This document shows, one piece after another, positions 12,192 through 23,800 of a DNA stretch of 64,000 nucleotides. Source of the stretch: Balanoglossus misakiensis (lineage: Eukaryota > Animalia > Hemichordata); contig CM082589.2 in assembly GCA_040954595.2 (NCBI GenBank), forward strand, positions 4,602,213 to 4,666,212, given 5' to 3'. The notes under the pieces are model-generated. The model saw only the letters and a list, made by a program, of their open reading frames with translations. It did not search any database and had not been told where the DNA came from. Within the stretch, counting starts at the first letter, position 1. Each line of letters starts with the position of its first letter. A program made the position numbers and the translations under genes.

Positions 12192-13214
12192 ATGGCCGGT
12201 AAGTGACTGTTGAATTGTCCACACTGCATGGAGGAAACGCGACGACAATAGACAACAACAGTATAACCTATGCTCGGGCAGGTGCCGCCTCATACCGTGC
12301 ATACCTGTACTTCTAAGTATATCGACTGTTTTGTCTATTCAGCAGCCCTCTGACTCTGTCTCTCTGTCTTTGTCTCGCTCTGTGTGTCTCGCTCTGTCTC
12401 TGTCTCGTCTGTCTGTCTCTCTCTCTCCCTCTCCTTCCCCCTCCCCCTCTCTCTCCAGACGACAAGACATCCCCCACGTTCATACGTGCCGTCTTCGACC
12501 GTTACGATCTCAACGGCGACGGCAGCATCACCATTGCCGAGCTGAAAGAGGGCCTGCGGAGAGGCGGGATAGACTATAACGACGATGAGATCTATCAGTT
12601 CATGCGTCAGGTTGACCTCGACGGAAACGGGGAAATCGACTTTGAAGAGTTCTCGATATTTTGGATTGGAAAGCACGAGGCTGGGCAGAGGCAGAAGACT
12701 CAACAGAAAGCGGAGTCATGTGAGTATGTCTTTACCATTTACTGTAACGTCTACACACGCCAGGCTGCAAAATCAGCACTACAGTGCATTTTGAACTGGA
12801 GTGCTCCAAATGCACACATGTACTCGTTTTTATTGGTGGTGAAACAATATGCAAATTATTGGGGAATGAATGCTGGTCTTTAAGGAGGCCAAAGGAAATA
12901 CTAACCTCCACAGTATGAATATTGAAATTTTAATTATGAGTCTACCCGTTTCTGCACATTTTTAACGTCGCCATTCTCGATTTTCAGTCCCAACTGTGGC
13001 ACAGTTGAGAGCGCAGTTTGACGAGCTGGACGCAGACGGCAACGGGTACATCACCATGGATGAGGTGAAAATTGGCCTACTGAAGAAGAAAGGCCACTAC
13101 ACGGACGAGGAGGTGTACCAGATAATGATACTCGCGGACGAGGATGGAGACGGGAAGATATCTTTTTCGGAATATGTGATAGCTATGACAAAACGTCACG
13201 CTCAAAAACCATGA
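12192..13214 (+). CDS. Calmodulin-like 4-EF-hand protein, cluster gene 6; join(12192..12198,12459..12719,12988..13214), 164 aa
   Basis: MA G|gtaagt; cag|AC DDKTSPTFIRAVFDRYDLNGDGSITIAE..DLDGNGEIDFEE..KAES T|gtgagt; cag|TC FPTVAQL..DADGNGYITMDE..DEDGDGKISFSE..QKP*. Same exon sizes (7/261/227) as gene 5, its closest paralogue. AATAAA at 13448. Confidence 0.88.
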
Positions 13215-14831
13215 CAGTTATAAAATTAAGAGTGTTTACTCCTATGTGCATCGATCCTCAAAAGTAAAAATTCTGCTATTAAAGTAGGTAAGCTTTACCG
13301 TCCAAAAGTGTTTCTGTCCAGCAAAAGAAACAAATGTTTAACTTTATAATAGTAGTATCACTGATAACTTATGGTAGTACGTGTAGGTTGGTAATGACGA
13401 CATCATTTTTGTAATTATATCATGTTATTGATAAGTATAATTGTTGGAATAAACGAGTACACATTTATTTTGAATGAACATTTGTTGTACATGAGCAAAT
13501 GCCGTCAATGATTTAAGCATGCACGACCGAGAGTCTTATTTTGCAATATCTTAGGGGGCTTCTCCACATTGCTTTTATTAAAACGTCATGAAAACATTAT
13601 CATAACAAATGCCAAAACAACAGTAAAGTATGTAGAAATATCCATGTTTGTTTCGTGTGTTTATTGTTTTGATTTGTTTTGATGTTTCTAGGGTAACTAT
13701 TCTCTAACAGTCTACACATACATTGCCAGTAGCCGCGTCGTTGACAACGAGCTTTGGAACCAACAGTTCATGTACTCCATGAAACAATAAACCGCCAGCC
13801 ATCCAGAGATAATCCGGCCGATATATGACCCCCCAACAAGTCAACAAACTTCATGAAATAATAGTCCATTAATACATGCACATTGGTCAAAGTGCATTGC
13901 TGTGTTTATCCCAGCTAAGATTGTTACCAAGGTTACTACATACACAGTACCACCTATACTCATCCCGGATCGAAATCAGGACACGATTCCAGGAGACGAA
14001 AACAATTGTATACTGTATAAGAGAGGTAGTGAGTGTCGGTCGACCCCGGGTGTACCTGCCAAGCGAGAATCGCATTCCAGGGTTGTGAGCTACGCGGAAG
14101 TAAGGGGGGGGGGGATTCAGCTCAAAGGACGATAAAAATCTCGCATCAGACGCATAGCGCCACCAAATTGAATTGACAAGTACGTCTCGTTTATTCCATT
14201 TGGGGGTCAGGCATAACAAAGTACATTTGTATACAGTGATAGGAGCAGACTGATAAGAGATGGACGCTTCTTCTCAACAATGACGAACATTAACTGACGT
14301 AATGGGGTTCGCGACCCCTTTCCTCGGGGAAGCAAAATGTTACAGTCGCTTTTTAAATGCGGTTCTATCCTTTTACAGGATTGGGTCATTGGCTGCTGGG
14401 TGTACGCACTAGTAGAAATCAGTGTCAAGTAACACATCACGTTTGATTAATTCAATTCAATCCATTTTGCCAACCGCCGCGGACGCGCGGGTGTGTACTG
14501 ACGTCTGGCATGGCAAATGGCAAAAATGATCTGGAAAACCTAAATCAGCTATCGTGAAAAAAACGATATGTAATTTTAAAACACCAGAAACGCAATTAAT
14601 CTCGCGTATTTGATAACAGTCACTACGCAGCCACGCATACTGAAGTTGTTAATTGAAGTCAGACTCGCGAGTATTTCATGGTATTATGTAAATTAGCCTT
14701 TTCCCATAATAATTCAAATATCATGATTTGCCTTGATTGATGTCGGTTTCCCAGGGGATATTTAACGATGTAAATCAAGAAAGAAAAAAATCGCGTCAAG
14801 GACACGATGGTCCAATTGAGTGATTACACAA

Positions 14832-15266
14832 GACTGACCCCATGGAGGTACCCATAAGCTGCCAATGGCATATGTACTGTACATACACTAAATAGAACAG
14901 CTGGCCTCTATAAAACTTAGCCAGTTATGTAATCATTCAGGAATTTGCTGTGTTCATATGAAACACAGAGTTCCTGCCTAATTAAAACAACTCAATAAAG
15001 TAAATACACAACACTCTGCAAAGCAATCTGACCAGTAGTTCTTGAGTTACTGAGTTTTGACCAAATTCACATTTTTTTCCAGCTGATTTGCATATTTTAG
15101 GCAATGACAACTTCATTTGAACAAACTCCCATTTACATCACAAGGTGATACACGCAGCAGTTTTCAAGTTTTTGATGTGGACGGACATACATGTACATAC
15201 AGATGCAACCAATCCCATTGTTGTTGGGTCCCATTGGTAACATGTAAAATGGGACCCAACAACAAT
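14832..15266 (+). mobile_element. Non-autonomous interspersed element, copy 1 (Helentron/HINE-like architecture)
   Basis: About 430 bp highly similar to 15542-16016; core followed by a GGACGGACATAC microsatellite seed and a terminal GGTCCCAT..ATGGGACC hairpin. Family assignment is inferred from architecture. Confidence 0.65.
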
Positions 15267-15541
15267 CTAATATCAGACTGTCGACACAGAGATGTGTGTT
15301 GCACTGACCTGCGTTAACAGATCCCGTGAGGAGTACGGTGCCCAGAGTGCTAACACATCCCCAATATGAACTCATGGACACAAACTACTTATATTTCTAG
15401 GTCCAAAACTTTAACTACAGTGAGACAAAACTGTTAGGCTGTTCTCATATTTAAATCAAGTATTGAAATGCAAAATAAGACAGACGGGAGTGGTTCTTCT
15501 TTTCTCCAATGAAGTTCAACTGTGCTCAATGGGCAAACACT

Positions 15542-16016
15542 GACTGACCCTTAAGCTGCCAATGGCATATGTACTGTACATACACTAACTGAACAGCTGG
15601 CCTCTTTAAAACTTAGCCAGTTATGTAATCATTCAGGAATTTACTGTGTTTATATGAATCACAGAGGGGAGTTCCTGCCTAATTAAAACAACTCAATAAA
15701 GTAAATACACACCACTTTGCAAAGCAATCTGACCAGTAGTTCTTGAGTTACTGAGTTTTGACCAAATTCACATTTTTTCCAGCTAATTTGCATATTTTTG
15801 GCAATGACAACTTCATTTGAACAAACTCCCATCTACAGCCCAGCCTGCATCAGCACACCAAATATCAAGGTGATACACGCAGCGGTTTTCAAGTTTTTGA
15901 TGTGGACGGACATACAGACATACATCCATCCATACATACATACATACATCCAAACATACATACAGACGCAACCAATCCCATAAGGTCCCATGGTACATAC
16001 AAATGGGACCCAAAAA
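15542..16016 (+). mobile_element. Non-autonomous interspersed element, copy 2 (Helentron/HINE-like architecture)
   Basis: Direct repeat of 14832-15266 with a longer (CATA)n tract, 8-bp hairpin 15984-15991/16003-16010 and an A-run at the end. Confidence 0.65.
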
Positions 16017-17516
16017 TGAAATTAACAACAGAAAGTCAACAATGACCTCAGGGAAGATACAGGCATGCTAATTAATATTCCACAGAAATCACGGGCGTGA
16101 CAACTCAACTAATGACAGTGTAAATTGGGTTGATATCGACATGTCCGTTGACTACGTCATTTTTTTGGCATGCCTCGGGGCTGAAGTCACGGAAGGATGT
16201 AAATTATCGAGACTTCCTGTTTGCAATCGATGTCAGAGGACGTATAGGTATTGATCTATAGGCGTCTGAATCGATGGTACTGTTGTGGGGGGAGGGGGTA
16301 ATCACAACCAGCGGTAACTACATAGTATATGGGGTGAAACATTCCTACATACGTTAGACTAGATGTGACAACTAATCACAGCGCAATAAAAAATAAAATC
16401 AGTATGCATTGATGTTTGTCCTGCTTTGACAATTGTAGCATTAACCTATTTAAATTGAAGTACCCGGAAAATACACAGATAATCGGCTTTACGCGTGCCG
16501 CCGTTGTGTAATAATCCCTTCCTCACGGTATCACGCTGCAGTATTTCTCAGAGATGAACCCACTTGTGATTTTCATTGTATAACGATAATGCGGCGTCAT
16601 CTGTTTTTTGTGTAATGTTGCTGGTGTTGCGTTTGAAAAGCTATTTCTAGGAATGCTTCGTTGTCGTATCCGAGAAGGTTGACTTCGATATCGATAAGGC
16701 AGCTATCGACCAGCTTGGCGCGTTTCGTTTACAACAATTTCAAAGGAGAGTGCCAACCTTGAAAATCAGTGTGTTATCAGATACATACATTAGATTGAGA
16801 TTACATGTGGGTATACATATGTAATCCTTCTGAATTGAACATTTCCGCTTTTTCGCGTTCATTACAAATCTTGCGGAAGTCAAATCTCCTTTTTACAATG
16901 ACGTCTGCTCCCCGCGTGGAATCTTTTCATCCTTGTTTAAGTCAAAACTCACGACATACGTCGGCGACAACAACACGAAAGAGACGTGCGTGGGAATGCA
17001 ATTTTCGAGCGAATAATATCAGGAATCGATTGATATCTCCGTTCGACAGGAAACTGGTTACGCTGATATTCGGACGTTTTATTCAAAGGTCACGATACGG
17101 CGTCGGAATCTCTTCTCATTGTTTGCCTACACACTGATTTTTTTTCTTTCCATTTATCAACCCCACCCCACTTCTAACCCCAACCCCACCCCTCAAAAGT
17201 AGGCTAGGCTGTACCGTGATTTCTGTCCGCATAGCATTGCGATACGATTAGCGTTCCCATTCTCTGCCATATTATACAGGTACATTAAGAGAGATAAATT
17301 ATCCATGTAATATCGTAGCAGTGCCACGCTGCAAGTAATCTCGCGTTGGCAACAGCTGATTCCAACGCTAATCAATCATAATTTTATTTATTTTCTCGTG
17401 TGATAAACGAGGTATGGACGAAATTAATCACTATTCATCATGAAAAACAACGCGGTACATTCCAGCAGGTGTGACATTGTTTATGACTATGTATATATTT
17501 TAATACTTGCTCATTA

Positions 17517-17748
17517 ATGACCCCAATATGACCTCACATCCTTGTACTTCCGGTGGTATGGGGTAATCAATATTCAACATTTTGGTACAAGAATTGTGTA
17601 AAATATTGGTTGAAAAAGAGTTACCCTGGTAATTCAGTACGTATATCATTCGCTTCAGCTGCAATTAAAGAGGTTTTGTAGAGCTTTTCATCAGACTGAT
17701 GGATTCATACCAACGGAAGTACGAGGATGTAAGGTCATCTGGGGTCAT
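17517..17748. mobile_element. MITE-like element with ~44-bp imperfect terminal inverted repeats
   Basis: ATGACCCCAATATGACCTCACATCCTTGTACTTCCGGTGGTATG (17517-17560) matches the reverse complement of 17706-17748, around an AT-rich spacer; no clear TSD. Confidence 0.6.
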
Positions 17749-18381
17749 GGAAATGACCCATTCCAATCGGGTCATGTACAGTATATTGTAAGAGAACGTC
17801 TGAAAGTGTGTGTCATGGATTCGTCGTGATTTATGTCAACATCGCTCAAAGTGTACTGCATCTCGTGATGTCAAGGACGTTCCAGCTAGAAATGTCTCCC
17901 TGATGTACAGCGATGAACACTTGTAACACAGCGACGCAGCAATCAGATGGGTCTCCTTTATATTTGACTCACCGGTTCCATAAAAAAATACCGATAATAC
18001 CGAAAGGTCACAGAAGGATTTGAGAATTAAAAGAGAATTCAGTGATTCTACTTCAATGACAGAAATATAGCAGAGAATTTACAATTTAATTGAACGACAG
18101 AGCATCACTGAACAACTACACAATGTGTACCTTCTTTGTTCGGAGTGTTCCCTTACATTCAATTACTTTGGAGTACCCTTCCCGATGCTATCGGCAAATC
18201 TGTAAATTACCAGCATGCAGGGTTTCACATCAAACGAAACAGACTTTGCATGGTCGAGTCCTTATCATAATTACCCTGAGCTTCGGGATAGAAGACAGTG
18301 AACATTAAATCCAAGGAAGACACGCATCAAGGAACGCCCGAGGAAAATTGGTGATTACAATCAGACATACCGTGGACAATC

Positions 18382-18644
18382 ATACATGTACATGTAATAC
18401 ATATATACATAGATAGATACATAGATACATAGATACATACATACATACATACATACATACATACATACATACATACATACATACATACATACATACATAC
18501 ATACATACATACATACATACATACATACATACATACATACATACATACATACATACATACATACATACATACATACATACATACATACATACATACATAC
18601 ATACATACATACATACATACATACATACATACATACATACATAC
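18382..18644. repeat. (CATA)n tetranucleotide microsatellite
   Basis: About 50 perfect CATA units with a degenerate GATA/TATA 5' edge. Confidence 0.98.
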
Positions 18645-20886
18645 CATTACTTTTACAGGAAATGAGCTGCATTACGTTGGTGTATTTTCAACTTAATAAC
18701 TCAAAGGAACTACGATCTTGACGAAAACATTTATTTAATCCCCACCGGAAATTCCTATAAAATACTTTATATTAATAGGGTTTTACCGTCAGTTACAATC
18801 GATCGTACAGCGTATAAAACCGAGTTCCTTGTAATTGATGTCACCTTGGCCACTTCTATTGACAAGTCTCGAATTTCAACATCCATTACCGTTCTGGAAA
18901 GATAGAATCGCTGTGTAATGTAGGAAGATTTGTAATCTCGCGATAAAACCCGGTGGCTCTTGCGAAATAAAGAGTGAATGTAATGGGAAAGGCGTATTGG
19001 AGTCGTGAGGTTCGTGCATTCGTTCCTGTAGTAAGAATAATGCTAATGTAGAGTTTCATCTAGTGATACGCAGCTGTCATCTTGGGTCAAGTCGGAGACC
19101 CACATTTGGTAAACACATATACTGCATTTATCGTTTAAGGCCCAGCTGTCATTTTAAGGAAAACTTAACAGAATCCAACAATTACTAATACGACAGTCGC
19201 AATGCATTAATTAATTGTTATTCAACCACGGTTTCGACCCTCTGACCACATAAGAAGAGACGAGCCGCGCGCATCACGACACTTGTGGATGGAATTTCAA
19301 ATCCCAGGCCGTTGCATGAATAATAAACCCGAGGCGCACACTTCTGACAGCATCACGGTAAAAGAGGAATCGCCGTCACCACGGCAACAGCAGCAAGCTC
19401 TCCTCAACATGATAGACATTATTGATGAGGAAGTTACGAAGCCATTCCGCGCAAAAAAATAAAATAAACGCTATATACATTAATGTATTAAACATAATCG
19501 TGGTTTTTCAAGGTCGCGTCGCAGCCTGTTTTATGAATGTCGGTCATACATGACATCTGTGTGAACTAGCATGTGTGCCAAAACTGTACAAGTGTATGTG
19601 CTTGTAATAATAGTCAAATGTGCTTCAGCTATTCATCGTATGCCACATTATGGCAACAGCTCTCTGAACAATAGCGTGACGGCTGACATGAATCAATGCA
19701 TATTTAGGTCCCTTTTTTCTCTCGATTTTGTAGGTCAATGTATCAGCCATAACGAGATCTCTATTTTAACTGTTTTGGCTATTTTTCGGCATTTAGCAGA
19801 GATGTGCCATCCGTATGCCACGTACTTGGTACTTTGGATAACAATATTGAAAATAGGCAAAGGTTGCAGCTGGTGTTCATTTAAATTCAGCAAAAAGCAA
19901 ATTATTTTTTTACGAGGTAAAATACACCGTTCGCTAGAATTCTAATGAACTTGCATTTTTATGATTACATAACTATCTACGCTATACTCGTAAATAACAT
20001 GTTGTTAGATGTTGTTAGAGCTTCAGCAGTTTAGGTGTCTACCCCGTGACAAAAAGAATGAACACTATAATTGACTGTGTAAAAGAAACCCCTTTTTAAA
20101 ACTAACTCTTGCCTGTGCTCATCAATTGTTGACTAAGATTCCTCTTCCGAGATCGACCGCCGTTTCCTTCACTTCGGATGTCATTTCCCGCGCGTGCATG
20201 GATGGAAATCGATGCTGATGATTGGTTATCTGTCGTGAATATATAATGAGCAGGATAGTCCTCCCGCGTGCCCGCTCCGGCAGGGTTCACTCTTCATACT
20301 GACGCTCAATTGTTCTTACCTGCATTGAGAAAAAAAAGCAGGCAGCGACATTATAGGGTGTTGGAACACTGGGGGCATATCGTGTGCCACATTCCCTCTA
20401 TCACAGACGAATATTATGCCGTGCTGTCTATTTTTCACGGTGTGAGTTGTAGCCAACACTGCAAGCTGCGATACGGGCTCTCTACGTTTCGCCAATCGCG
20501 GACACGAGTGTTTCAGGGGCGTTGAAAGCATTCGCGTGTCGGGTCTTGTAGTCTAACAAACACAAAAAACACGCTTCTACGATTTCGTGCTCGCCGCGTC
20601 GTCTTGGTTTCCTGGAGGTAACAGCGATTGTTATGCAAATAAGGACGTATGGGTGCATTGTGGGGCGCGAACTCGATACCTGTGTAATGTGACGTCTGAT
20701 GGGCAACTGAAGTCGACTGTAAACAGTGTACATATACCAATGCGGCAAGTGACCCAACGCTGCCAAATACTGGGGGACTGCAGGTAACGCCAGAAACAAT
20801 GGACAGTCACATGAGATACCCGTCACAACAGTGCAACGCCTCGACCTGTTAAGACAACCGCGCTGCGAGGTATATCTTGCGTGAAC

Positions 20887-23800
20887 ATGGGCTGTTCTAA
20901 CAGCAGGCAAGGTTGGTACATTTATCTCACAGTAAATACCGATCATAGATTTTCTAGGTTATTTTTTAGTCAGCAACTAAAGATTATGTATTTGTACACG
21001 ACTTACGCGTTCAATTCCCTTGTTACGCACCCGCCGTCTGTCACAATTATCCATCTACCGTTCCGCGGCAACCCGCACTAATTGACGCGGGAACACCATT
21101 CAACCTTTTCCCAGCGTGGCGAGTTCGCGACAGAGGTGTCTTCCCGTCTGATGTCCATCGGGTGACGATGCCAGTCATGAGTTTTTCGACGAAGACACGA
21201 CGTATACACAGAGCACACACTCACGCATGCATTATCATTGTCGCAGTCGATATTTCTGTCGAACGACGCACTGAACGTCCGCCATTATCAGAACCTCTGT
21301 CTGTGTCACTGTGTCAAGGCGGATTTCACGCGCCAAAACTGGAATCAACAACGGTTCACGATGCATCGCGCGCATTCTTCCCTAAGGGTCGAAGCGATAT
21401 CAAGAAAAGGGAGGGGGTATGCAAAGAGTGAAATTCTAGGTCAGCATCGATCACAAGACCGAATGCAAAAAATACAGCGTCAAGCTCTTATAGAACAACT
21501 ACATGTATAACATCAGATCACGGAACGTTTAAATTGCCATATCACGTTGCATTGGTTTGATGTCGCCCCTTATAGAGCTAACTTCCATACGCTTGTCGCC
21601 ACTGTCTGTTGCTACTGTGTGGTGGCAGAAATAAAACAGTAAACATGTCGTACCCTGCTGCCACAGGCAATATTTTATGGGCTGGAATTTGTCTTTCACA
21701 AATACCTCAACTGTTAGAGACAAATTAAGCAGTCGGCACAAAGCAGAGCCGCGATAGTTATTCTTATTAATCAAAAGACTCGCCGTCAAAAAGCCGAAAT
21801 TTATCACATTAGAACATGTCTTGCGCACATGACAGACGTGCACTATGGGTATGCTACATCTATTTTCATTTGCGTTGTGGCCTATTTATAGTCAACATTA
21901 GTTTGTCGGCGAAATGAAAAAAAAAAAAAATCGATGTCTTGCTCATTAGGACGTCACCGGGGCAGCGTTGATGGTTGACATCATTATATAAGTATTACTT
22001 CAACTGCCAATGTTGAAACGCAAATAGGGCTATTTTTATATTATAACAGTAAACGTATTGGTAAAAAAACATCGTACAAACCATGTCAGAAACTAACTTG
22101 ATGCAAAACCGAACGTCGCTGACTGAAGAAATATTGATGTACACAAGTTTCTAATTTTGTGTAATTCAATTTATTCATGAAGTCAGATGTCAAGTGTTGC
22201 CTCGCAGCAAACCAAAATGGCCGCCACTTCCACCTGCCCAGGGCTCGTGCGTGGCACTTAACTGCTGGACCACAATATAACCAGCCTAGGGGCAGAAGGA
22301 CATTACGTTCGTTGCAAATATACCGGTAGCCTACAATTCGTTACAACTGCACCTTGGCTGAGCAAACAAATTCATTCGCTTCGCTCGTCACCGTCTGGTG
22401 TGGGAAGCTTGCTGTTCAAGCTGGCACCAGCAGATTTAACGTCATTGAAGTCGATTACTTATGGTTTAGGCGTGATATCACGTCTTGCTCAACCCTTGAT
22501 CGGAGTGCCAACATTATTCAATTGCCCCTAATGTCTCTGATCGGACAATGCATGGCCAAAGATGGCCAAATAAAGGTTTTAAGACCATAGTGGGACAGTC
22601 GTATTTTAACAGTCGTGTACAGCGAGGAAGCATAGTTTTCACCTCCGCGCAGTAGGAATAGTGTGCACACATTTGCAGACAAATTGAGTAGTACTAGTAG
22701 CAGAAAATGTTATTTCATCAATTTATGTTGTCCAGGAAGACCTATGTTGCTGATTCGATCAAGTGTATCGGTAGGGGCGAAGCGCGGCGGATGTTGATTT
22801 AATAATTCGAACACCTGCTTACAATGACCTCTGACCTCACGTGGAAACATCATCCAACCGTCAAATCCATCGATCATGAAAATCGTCAACTTCCTACGTG
22901 GTGTGGTTTTCCTGGGTTATGTTTTCTCAGATTTGAATATATCTGTGCCTGTACTTACAATCAGATGTGACTACAAACGAAATTGTCAAAGAATGTGACG
23001 CATGGCTTGTGGATTGTTGAAGTACTGGCGCGTTAAAGTACAGATAGAAGGTGGAAACTGTAGCAATACCGAGAATGTGTGTGTTGGTGTGAGACGCGGG
23101 TAAAAGAGATATTATCCTGTCGACACCACTTCAGATGTAATTACCGCCGCTTGACGCTGGGGAGAGGTAATGCGGTGAACGATTACAGTACATGCACGAT
23201 TTGCAAAAGAAAATGCAGAGTCTGTCAAAGGCATCGATCAATCAAACCAGTGTAAGCATCTGACAAGTGCTTCAATCACTGCGAAACACCCGAAAGGTTA
23301 CATTAAATTGGTCAAGGGTTCTGAATGTGTACGTGGTGTTGTGATTCCGTTGTGGGGCCTAGTTGTTCCCAATCGAAATATTATTATAGTACATGTACTC
23401 CTTTGAGTACATTTTCATCACGATTCCCGTGATGTTTTTGGGAAACAAATGGTTTTGGGTTGCAAACGATACTAATGTGATTACTTCTGAATCAGTTAAG
23501 CCGAGTGCTCGCCATGACATACATAAAGCTTGCTGACACACTTCTTGAAGTGGAAGGCGCTTTTAATATCTACAAATCGCCAGTCAAGTATGTTTGATTC
23601 GCTCTTTGAGTAGAAAACTTGATAAGTCCATAATTGCATTTGAAAGGCCGCCAATTCCCGTGCAGATTGTAGGTATCTTAGACTTGTCGCCGTGACCCCG
23701 CAGAAGTCAATCACATAGGGTGTCATCAGAGCAGACGACATCATCCCGGATATGTAAATATTCCGCCATCTTGAATATGGCGGGCAAATGTCAACATCTT

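Noticed and set aside
1289-12703. Minus-strand ORFs overlapping EF-hand exons (e.g. 1597-2025, 3491-3892, 6129-6458, 12335-12703)
   Set aside because: Antisense shadows of real + strand exons.
439-13214. Aequorin-like photoprotein or sarcoplasmic calcium-binding protein cluster
   Set aside because: Loop spacing is calmodulin-like, EF2 is intact in most copies, and the longer N/C-terminal segments of those families are absent.
18327-18672. (MYVC)n ORFs
   Set aside because: Translations of (TATG)n.
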